From: Candidatus Paracaedimonas acanthamoebae
GTDB lineage: Bacteria > Pseudomonadota > Alphaproteobacteria > Caedimonadales > Caedimonadaceae
Length of the DNA: 32,000 nt
NCBI GenBank assembly: GCA_000743035.1
Contig: CP008936.1
Location: 1,140,001-1,172,000 of the forward strand
Direction: 5' to 3'
In this document: positions 1 through 7,365 of the stretch, piece after piece
How the letters are laid out: every line of letters begins with the position of its first letter
Position numbering within the stretch: position 1 is the first letter of the stretch
Translations under genes and position numbers: made by a program
The notes under the pieces: generated by a model
What the model was told of the DNA's origin: nothing
Seen by the model: the letters and a program-made list of their open reading frames with translations, nothing else
The model's database searches: none

Positions 1-1290
1 TTAAGGGAATAATTCGCCATGAGCCCTGCTAAATAATGACCATAAGAAATTGCCATAAGCCAAAGGCCCATCATGAATCCAATATGTCTCTGAGGAACTA
101 GTTTTGATATATTTGAAAATCCAATCGGAACAATCATTAGTTCTCCTAGTGTTTCGAGAATAATTGCGGATAACATCCATAATATTGAGATTGGTATATG
201 CCCCTGATAAGCCGCTGTTGATAAGATACCAAAGCTCAGACTTGTTAAGAAAAATCCTATAGAAAATTTAGTAAACCCTTCTAAGGCTGATTTTTTGCTT
301 GGAAATGTTATTGCAACAAAAGGTATGATTATTCCTAACATTAGGACTAATATAGGATTTAGTGAAAGAAGGCTTGAAGGAGGAATAGTTAAATTAAAAA
401 TTTGTCGATCAACAAAACGTTCAAAAAACAAAATTAAAGAGCTACCACATTGCTCATATAAAGCACAAAAAAAGGTAAATAAAATAATATACAGTATTGC
501 TTTTAAGAGACCCCGCCTTTCTTCAGAATTTGCTCTGTAAAAGAAAAATCCAAAGCTAATAACACTTGCGCTCATAATGATCCCCATCAATCCATGAAAA
601 TAAACTTGATACCTAAGTAGATGATAAATTACATAAGCTACAAAAATTAAGAGGATTATTGTTCTTCCTACATAACCACCTTTAAACCTTGCAGAAAAGT
701 TTTTAAAAAGCTGTCCATGTTTAAAGAATAATAAGGTCCCACCTAGAAAACCTAAGACAATGAACATCAATCCATACTGCCACCCATATAAGCTGCTCAT
801 AAAGCTACAAGCAATTGGCCCCATAAAACTACCAACGTTCATTGCAATGTATAAAGTAGTGAAAGCATTATCTTTACGTGAATCTTGCGCATCTTTGAAA
901 AGCATAGAAAGCATGGTAGAAAAGTTAGGTTTATAACAGCCCACCCCTACACTTAATAATGCCATAGAAATATAGACCGTAGATTTAGGAGTGAAGATTA
1001 ACAATAAGATAGAAATACAGCAAAGGCTTCCTCCAATAAGGAGGGAATTTCTAGCCCCTATAATTTTATCTGCAAGGATCCCCCCAATTAGTGAAGTTGC
1101 ATACGAGAGAGACATAAAAGCAGAGAAAAAGGTAATTGCTTCTTGCTCTTTCAGAGCGAGTGAATCTATAGCATATAATAAGAATAAAGACTTAAACCCA
1201 TAAAAACCAAAATTAAAAAGCATTTGAGTGAAAAAAAGGGGTGTAAATCCTGCCGGGTATTGATTAAATAATTGAAGTTTAGAAAGTCGC
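1..1290 (-). CDS. POT/PTR2-family proton-dependent di/tripeptide transporter (C-terminal end lies outside the window)
   Basis: Not in the supplied ORF track because there is no stop inside the window. Hand translation of the minus strand from ATG (1290-1288) gives MRLSKLQLFNQYPAGFTPLFFTQMLFNFGFYGFKSLFLLYAIDSL...GGILADKIIGARNSLLIGG...GCYKPNFSTMLSMLF...LYIAMNVGSFMGPI...FFCALYEQCGSSLILFFERFVDR...IGFMMGLWLMAISYGHYLAGLMANYSL. The segments I translated (about 750-1290, 481-600 and 1-85) contain no stop; the stretches between them were not checked codon by codon. The motifs match the PTR2/POT signatures as I remember them. Confidence 0.8.
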
Positions 1291-1370
1291 ATTATCACAT
1301 TGATCCCTTCCCTGAATATATATATTCATGACACTATAGTTTGCAGGAGCAATCTTTAAAAGAGGTCTTT

Positions 1371-2459
1371 ATGCTTTACCTTCCCCATGAAGCTTTATCG
1401 ATTAGATGGCTTGATAATAACACAAAGCTTAGTTTGAAATTACCTTGGTTATCCATGGAAATTGAAGTAGATCCTCAAGAAAAGGCTTGGATTGAAAAAG
1501 CTATAAATCTTCTTCATACTGCCCCTCTTAAAGATGAACCACAAAGATTTATTAAAGAATTAAAAGATTACCCACTTTTTTATTACAAACCTCGATTAAT
1601 TGAGGAATTTCATGAACAAGATTTACAAAGTAGTAAACCATTTAGTGTTGATTATACATCGCCACTAACCTTTTTTAATACAGCTCAAATCCCAGCTGAT
1701 GCTTCTCTTCAACAAGATATCCTTCAAGACTGGACTTGGGAATGGGGTAAAATCTTAGATAAGTGTCGTATTGATGGAACTGAACTCTATGATCCCTTAA
1801 GTGCTGTAAGTTATTTGATTTGTTATCGTCTTCAATGGGAAAGCACAACTTGGTCAGGCCAAGATGGGCTAGGAAAAAAACTTGAAGAATTCCTCAAAGA
1901 AGATGAACATAAGTTTTTTAAAGCTATAGGATGGATTTCTAAACAATCTTACTTTATTACAAAAAATTTCTGCGATGGCTTAAAACCCGCTTTAACATAT
2001 TTTCCTAAAGCAACTGACCTTATTGAACATTTTATTAATGATGAAATAGGTCATCATAAATTTATGGAACAAGTATTTAATGATCTAAACTTAAATAAAG
2101 ATGATTTAAAAGTTGGTCCAGCAACAAAATGGACATTAGCAGCACACCAGAAAATGGCTACACTTTCTCCTCTCGCCTTTTCAGCCATGATTAATCTCTT
2201 TGAAGCTGCCTTTTATGAAGGACAAGATCCTATCTCCAGAGTCATCAAGAAATCTTCAAAGCCTGAAGCAGCAAGAGGGTATGATCTTCATTATAAAATC
2301 AATCAAGAACATCGTCATTGTGATATGCCGATAATTTTGGCTCAACGCCTTGCACCACAACCAAAAGAACACATTCTATTAACGCTTGCCATTTTCGAAT
2401 TAACCTTGAATTTTCTTGATCAAATGGAAAAAAGGCTTGACGAATATATTAAAATTTAG
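1371..2459 (+). CDS. hypothetical protein; C-terminal half resembles the heme-oxygenase-like 'iron-containing redox enzyme' family
   Basis: The track ORF 1341..2459 uses a TTG start. The ATG at 1371 is preceded by AAAGAGG 5 nt upstream and is the more likely start. The carboxylate/His motifs NDEIGHHKFMEQ, LFEAAFYEGQD and NQEHRHCD are spaced as in heme-oxygenase-like diiron/redox proteins. The N-terminal ~150 aa are unassigned. Confidence 0.6.
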   Translation: MLYLPHEALSIRWLDNNTKLSLKLPWLSMEIEVDPQEKAWIEKAINLLHTAPLKDEPQRFIKELKDYPLFYYKPRLIEEFHEQDLQSSKPFSVDYTSPLTFFNTAQIPADASLQQDILQDWTWEWGKILDKCRIDGTELYDPLSAVSYLICYRLQWESTTWSGQDGLGKKLEEFLKEDEHKFFKAIGWISKQSYFITKNFCDGLKPALTYFPKATDLIEHFINDEIGHHKFMEQVFNDLNLNKDDLKVGPATKWTLAAHQKMATLSPLAFSAMINLFEAAFYEGQDPISRVIKKSSKPEAARGYDLHYKINQEHRHCDMPIILAQRLAPQPKEHILLTLAIFELTLNFLDQMEKRLDEYIKI

Positions 2460-2589
2460 TTAAAAAATTAATGAAATCTATTCATATGATGAATGATTAG
2501 ATATTTCTGTTGATTCATAAGATATGGAGATCATTATGAAGATTAAAAAAATAAAATTTCAACCAACCAGAACTTGGCAGTATGGTTAA

Positions 2590-3552
2590 TTAAAAATTAT
2601 CAATTAATTTCTCAATTAAATAATTCTTAAAGTTTATAATATGCTCATCATTTTTTAAGTGATTTGGATATATAATATAGTCTTTTATTTCTTTATCTGT
2701 CACATGAGGAAGTATATTAATTAAATTTGATTCTTTAATAATTTTCATTTCTTGGTAGCTACCAACAATTCCTATGCTTTTTTTAGCAGCTTCAATCATA
2801 CACTCAACAGAATTTGAAGTAAAAACAGCTTCATGTAACTTTCCTTCTGACATACCTAAAGTTAATATCCAATTGACATTTGCATATGGATGCTTTCTGG
2901 GCTCACTAAAAGCTATGAGATGATGATTTTTCAATTCTTCAATAGTTTGAGGGGTACCATATTTCGTCAAATACTCTTCACTAGCATACAACCTTTTTGC
3001 TAAACTACACACTATCTCTTTATGAACATTTTGTTCTTTTGGAATATCTTTAATCGTAATATCGATGGGTCTAATAGCAAGATCTACATCATTTAAATCA
3101 ATATCAAGAGAGTAATCATTGGCAATTAATTCAAATATAATCTCAGGGTGCGTTTTATTGTATTCAATTATATGATCACAGAAAACATAGGATGCTAAAG
3201 CATGAGTTGTTACAATGCGAATTTTACGCTTCTTTGTATTATTAGCCATAACCGCAGAGTTATATGTAAGTCCCTTTAATTCTAAGAATGTCCTTTCAAT
3301 AATAGCAAATAGTTCTTCACCTTTACGGGTTAATTCAAGTCCATGAGGGAGACGCGTGAACACTTTAAAATTAAGATGTTCTTCAAGAATTCTTATTTTA
3401 CGACTTAAGCTTGATTGTGAGATATTTAAAAACTTCCCAGCTTCGGAAAAGCTTCCTAACTTTGCAACATAATAGAAGTCCTTAGCTTTATCCCAATCAA
3501 AGTAAGGCAAGCGTATAAGATTATCTGCGTTTAAATTCTTTTTATCGTCCAA
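2590..3552 (-). CDS. LysR-family transcriptional regulator
   Basis: N-terminal winged HTH (FYYVAKLGSFSEAGKFLNISQSSLSRKIRILEEHLNFKVFTR) followed by a ~200-aa substrate-binding-type domain. The start is uncertain: the track uses TTG at 3552 with no clear RBS, and a TTG 15 codons downstream (LPYFDWDK) would give the usual LysR N-terminus. Confidence 0.9.
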   Translation of the reverse strand: MDDKKNLNADNLIRLPYFDWDKAKDFYYVAKLGSFSEAGKFLNISQSSLSRKIRILEEHLNFKVFTRLPHGLELTRKGEELFAIIERTFLELKGLTYNSAVMANNTKKRKIRIVTTHALASYVFCDHIIEYNKTHPEIIFELIANDYSLDIDLNDVDLAIRPIDITIKDIPKEQNVHKEIVCSLAKRLYASEEYLTKYGTPQTIEELKNHHLIAFSEPRKHPYANVNWILTLGMSEGKLHEAVFTSNSVECMIEAAKKSIGIVGSYQEMKIIKESNLINILPHVTDKEIKDYIIYPNHLKNDEHIINFKNYLIEKLIDNF

Positions 3553-3625
3553 TAAATATAAACCCTGTTTTTAATTCATAATAACATAAAATAATATTGT
3601 TAACAGGAGTTTAAGATAGATATTA

Positions 3626-3750
3626 AAGGGGGGTGACTTGTAAGTCTTTAAGCATCCCTGTTTTCTTTTAGTATCTAAGGCTTTCTCCCCAATTCGCCTT
3701 GAAGAACTTTTTGGAGACTATGGCAGCCCCCTGCTGCCCTTACTAAATGT
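3626..3750 (-). ncRNA. candidate small RNA or MITE-like element, copy 1 (paralogue of 31870..31982)
   Basis: The reverse complement of 3626-3750 aligns at roughly 70% identity with 31870-31982. Shared blocks are TTTAG.TA.GG.AGC.GGGGGCTGCCA, GGGGAG..AGC.TTAGATA, AAAACAGGGA.G.CTTAAAGA.TTA and TCACCCCC. On the minus strand TTGATA (3780-3775), a 16-nt spacer and TATATA (3758-3753) lie just upstream. The element sits ~75 nt upstream of the LysR ORF on the same strand. Confidence 0.3.
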
Positions 3751-4039
3751 AGTATATAAGAATCATTTTAAAAATATCAAGTAAAAAGTTATTGATTTTA
3801 TTGTATTATACCTTATTTCTTGCGATAAAAGATTTATATCTTATTTTTTAAAAAATTAATGTATCGTCAATCAATTGGTAAGGTATTGTTAAAATTATAT
3901 TAATAGTTTGTTAACTTTTTAGCGTAATGTACTATTGGTTAGCTCTTATGCATATTGTTCCATATAAAACTTAACTCTAAGAGAAAATCCGTCTATCTTG
4001 TGGTTGATTAGACATTAATGGGAGGCACGACGATTACTC

Positions 4040-4372
4040 CTAAAACACAATAAGGCATCCCTCAGTGAGTAGTAAACTCAAGGTCTTCCCATAAGCGACC
4101 TTCTCTTCTGCAGTAAGAGGAAGGGCTTGAAACGTATCTTTTAATCCTCCCTCACCTTCAATAAGTTCATGAGTAAGCTCATCCATCAACTCCGATACAT
4201 GCAAAGTGAGAATAGGCTTCTTACCCCACCTTAATCCCATTTCTATCGTTCCCATCATAATAAAAGGAAGCTTACCGAAAAATTCAAATGACGCAGAAAC
4301 AGCCTCGGCCTCTTCAGGAAGAATTTCAAGATGAGCAGCCCCCGATTTACCAATTTCCCTAAAAAACATCAA
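4040..4372 (-). CDS. hypothetical protein (110 aa)
   Basis: ORF from the track. It overlaps the upstream ORF by 14 nt, an operon-like arrangement. No motif recognised. Confidence 0.5.
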   Translation of the reverse strand: MMFFREIGKSGAAHLEILPEEAEAVSASFEFFGKLPFIMMGTIEMGLRWGKKPILTLHVSELMDELTHELIEGEGGLKDTFQALPLTAEEKVAYGKTLSLLLTEGCLIVF

Positions 4373-5153
4373 AAATAGAGTCGCCTATTTGATGAGCAAG
4401 AGAGGGGCTCATCTTTTGTTTAGAAGAAGGATTTACAGATTCTTTTAAAGCTTCAACCAATGTAAAATAAGGTTTGATTGGCACATCCCCCTCTTTTAAC
4501 ATTTTTTCAGTTTGCAAAATCTGTGTTTGGGCTTGAGAGGTAAAGTTCCCAAGCTTTAAAGTTTGCTCAGTCAGTAATGGATATGCTCGAGAAAGATGAT
4601 GATCACTAAGAAGATTTTGAGTTACATAAAATCCTTTTATAATGAAATGAGAGATAGATGGCTCTGGAACATTATTTGCAAAGATTAACTTTAAATTTTG
4701 ATCCGCTGTACCGAAAGGAAGTCTTAGTGTATCTCTGATTAAACCTGGTGTTCGATAATATTTGTAAGCTAAGAACTTACTCCCATCTTGCGATTCAAGG
4801 CCAATACAAAACCCTCCTTGTTTGAGATCAACCACGAAAGGTAACTCAAAAGTTGAGAATGGAGTTATGGAGATAGGCTTGCTTATGAGCTGGTAATCAA
4901 TTTTACAAGAATTGGTAGTGACATCAATTCCTTTGTCAGTACGCTCAACATTTTGGGGTAAAAAAGGTGTTAAGATCTTCTCAGGAGAAAGAGGAGACTG
5001 ACTTAAAGCATAATCCTTAATGACAAATTGCGATACGCTTGGCTGTACAACATTATTTGAAAAGATCAAATAAATACTTTTCTCAGAGACTCCAAAAGGA
5101 AGCCTTAAGGTATCTTTCACAAGACCAAGCTTTCGATAAATCTTATAGACCAA
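4359..5153 (-). CDS. hypothetical protein with an internal tandem domain repeat; probably the 3' part of a disrupted longer gene
   Basis: Two copies of a ~50-aa block are present: YKIYRKLGLVKDTLRLPFGVSEKSIYLIFSNNVVQPSVSQFVIKDY and YKYYRTPGLIRDTLRLPFGTADQNLKLIFANNVPEPSISHFIIKGF. Each is preceded by a .LK.GGF..G..SQD..KFL. segment. The frame stays open upstream of the TTG start to ~5223 without an ATG. Confidence 0.55.
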   Translation of the reverse strand: MVYKIYRKLGLVKDTLRLPFGVSEKSIYLIFSNNVVQPSVSQFVIKDYALSQSPLSPEKILTPFLPQNVERTDKGIDVTTNSCKIDYQLISKPISITPFSTFELPFVVDLKQGGFCIGLESQDGSKFLAYKYYRTPGLIRDTLRLPFGTADQNLKLIFANNVPEPSISHFIIKGFYVTQNLLSDHHLSRAYPLLTEQTLKLGNFTSQAQTQILQTEKMLKEGDVPIKPYFTLVEALKESVNPSSKQKMSPSLAHQIGDSIFDVF

Positions 5154-5545
5154 AAACTTTTTTTGATCTTGGGAGAGAAACCCAACAGCAAAGCCCCCTT
5201 CTTTGAGCTCGGCACTCTCCTCTTACGCCATATAAAAGATCCCAATTTGCTGTCGCGGTTGAAACATCATTGAAAACATCTGTATAACCCTTGCGTAAAG
5301 CCCATTTGTCTAAAAGCCTATCTTTTGCACAATCAAGACAAGACCTATAATCATGGACTGTAGAACTAGTGACGTTCTTATAGCTCAGCAGAGTCTTAAG
5401 AATGAGGCTTAAAATTTTATTGATATTGCGTCTTAACCATATTCAGTAAAATACGCCCTTTATAGGAGATATTTCAATTTGCTTCCAAATTGCTTCCAAA
5501 TTTATTTGGTTTCAATTTAGAAATTCCCCAAGCTATTGATTTTAC

Positions 5546-5622
5546 TGGTGCGCCCGGCGGGATTCGAACCCACGGCCCCAGGATTAGGAATCCTGTGCTC
5601 TATCCTGCTGAGCTACGAGCGC
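5546..5622 (-). tRNA. tRNA-Arg (anticodon CCU)
   Basis: The reverse complement reads GCGCTCG-TA-GCTCAGCAGGATAGAGC-A-CAGGA-TTCCTAA-TCCTG-GGGCC-GTGGG-TTCGAAT-CCCGC-CGGGCGC-A-CCA. This gives a 7-bp acceptor stem with one G-U pair, D and T arms, anticodon loop UUCCUAA (anticodon CCU) and an encoded CCA. Confidence 0.93.
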
Positions 5623-5682
5623 GCGCCTAGCACTCTAATACACTTTAGCTCAACTTCCAAGCCCTTGTAGCATGAGCCATCT

Positions 5683-5937
5683 TCAAAACATTATCTTTTG
5701 CTTTTCTAAAGTCGATAAACAATCAATAATATTCTTAAGCATGTCGTCGTCTGTCCCCGTCATATTTTCTTCTTCTGCCACTTCTAGCCGTTCAGCATCA
5801 TAAGCCCATAGTCTCAAAATAATTATTTTTTCATCCAACGAAAAATTTGGAGCCGCTAACAATTCTTGAGGCGTTCCAAAAGAGTTTTTCGGATCTAAAA
5901 TAGCTTGCTTTAGCGTCACCATGATTCCAATCCTCAT
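5683..5937 (-). CDS. small conserved hypothetical protein (84 aa, or 79 aa from the second ATG)
   Basis: ORF from the track. The second ATG (5922) is preceded by AGGA. The acidic C-terminal half (EVAEEENMTGTDDDML) resembles a small protein family seen in Proteobacteria, but I cannot name it. Confidence 0.5.
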   Translation of the reverse strand: MRIGIMVTLKQAILDPKNSFGTPQELLAAPNFSLDEKIIILRLWAYDAERLEVAEEENMTGTDDDMLKNIIDCLSTLEKQKIMF

Positions 5938-6075
5938 TTTTTTCTATTATATCATTAAATAAATAAATTTTCATTTAACTTAAAAATATCAACTTTTAAC
6001 CGAAGTTTGTTGCAGAAAATAATAAATATTATTAAGAAGAGTAATTAAAATGTAATTTAGTTTAAGGTTAAAAAA

Positions 6076-7074
6076 TTGAGCCTTCAAATTGGTCCTATTA
6101 AACTTCAAGGAAATGTCATTCTGGCTCCCATTACGGGCGTTTCAGATCTTCCCTTCCGTAACCTTGTGAAAAAGTTTGGGGCCTCTCTTGTGATGTCTGA
6201 GATGATTGCCTCCCAAGCGATGATCCGTGAAACACGACAAAGCCTAAAAATGGCTCAAAAAACAAAAGAAGAACGTCCTATGGCTGTGCAATTAGCTGGT
6301 TGCGAGCCAGCCGTTATGGCAGAAGCTGCCCGCCTCAATGCAGACTTAGGAGCCGACCTTATTGATATCAATATGGGATGTCCTGTAAAGAAAGTCGTTA
6401 ATGGCCACGCAGGATCAGCCCTTATGCGTGATGAAGTCCACGCCGCTAAAATTATCGAAGCAACGGTTAAAGCAGTGGACATTCCCGTGACTTTGAAGAT
6501 GAGAACCGGTTGGGATGATAATAGTCGGAATGCCCCTCGCCTTGCAAAGATTGCTGAAGAATGTGGTATTCAGATGGTCACAGTCCATGGTCGTACAAGG
6601 TGCCAACTTTACAATGGGCATGCAGATTGGGCTTTTATTCGCCAGGTTAAAGATGCCGTAAAAATACCAGTGATTGGTAACGGAGATGTTAATACTGAAG
6701 AAGACGCTGTTGATCTGTTAAATCTCTCAGGTGCTGATGGTGTTATGATTGCGCGCGGTTCTTTTGGCAGACCTTGGTTCTTAAATCAAGTGAGCCACTA
6801 CCTAAGTACCGGCAATAAGCTTCCAGCGCCCACCCTTATTGAAATGAAACAGATTGTTTTAGAACACTACAACGCAATTCTAACATATCATACATCAGAC
6901 TTGGGCGTAAAAATGGGACGTAAACACTTGGCTTGGTATAGTCGAGGGCTTCCTAACTCTGCAGAATATCGTGTAAAAGTCAATCAATTACAGGAACCAC
7001 ACGAAGTGATTTCGTTTATTCACTCCTTTTTTGATACCATTATTGACAATCCTTTACAACCAATGGCAGCATAG
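6076..7074 (+). CDS. dusB: tRNA-dihydrouridine synthase B (NifR3 family)
   Basis: The motifs [24 protein letters not shown] and VTVHGRTR are typical of the Dus TIM barrel, followed by a C-terminal helical domain. The gene sits at the head of an ntrYX block as in other Alphaproteobacteria. TTG start. Confidence 0.92.
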   Translation: MSLQIGPIKLQGNVILAPITGVSDLPFRNLVKKFGASLVMSEMIASQAMIRETRQSLKMAQKTKEERPMAVQLAGCEPAVMAEAARLNADLGADLIDINMGCPVKKVVNGHAGSALMRDEVHAAKIIEATVKAVDIPVTLKMRTGWDDNSRNAPRLAKIAEECGIQMVTVHGRTRCQLYNGHADWAFIRQVKDAVKIPVIGNGDVNTEEDAVDLLNLSGADGVMIARGSFGRPWFLNQVSHYLSTGNKLPAPTLIEMKQIVLEHYNAILTYHTSDLGVKMGRKHLAWYSRGLPNSAEYRVKVNQLQEPHEVISFIHSFFDTIIDNPLQPMAA

Positions 7075-7080
7075 GTTTTT

Positions 7081-7356
7081 ATGAAAACATCACATCCTAA
7101 AGCATGTCTGCAACAAGAAATAAGTAATGTTGGCTTATCAGTCATTGTGGAAGCAAAGTTAAGAGAATACTTTTCAGCATTGGGCGATATAAAACCTACC
7201 TGTAGCCTCTATGATCATATTATCCGTGAGGTTGAACGGCCTCTTATTTGTCTTGTGCTTGAGCATGCTAAGGGTAATAAAGGTAAGGCTGCAGACCTCT
7301 TAGGTATCAATCGCAATACCTTACGTAAGAAATTACAAGAACATAATCTTACTTAG
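7081..7356 (+). CDS. Fis-family / NtrC-C-terminal-like HTH DNA-binding protein (91 aa)
   Basis: The C-terminus LYDHIIREVERPLICLVLEHAKGNKGKAADLLGINRNTLRKKLQEHNL is the Fis/NtrC-type HTH. The gene starts 7 nt after the dusB stop and ends 10 nt before ntrY. Confidence 0.8.
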   Translation: MKTSHPKACLQQEISNVGLSVIVEAKLREYFSALGDIKPTCSLYDHIIREVERPLICLVLEHAKGNKGKAADLLGINRNTLRKKLQEHNLT

Positions 7357-7365
7357 GCCTTCTTC

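Noticed and set aside
295-1203. Plus-strand ORFs 295..540 and 991..1203.
   Set aside because: Both are antisense to the hand-translated POT transporter gene on the minus strand (1..1290). The POT gene has clear family motifs and, in the segments translated, an open frame.
5478-5502. Tandem duplication TTGCTTCCAAA x2 next to the tRNA gene.
   Set aside because: It is only two 11-nt units in AT-rich intergenic DNA, most simply a slippage duplication. It has no partner sequence elsewhere in the window that would suggest an att site.
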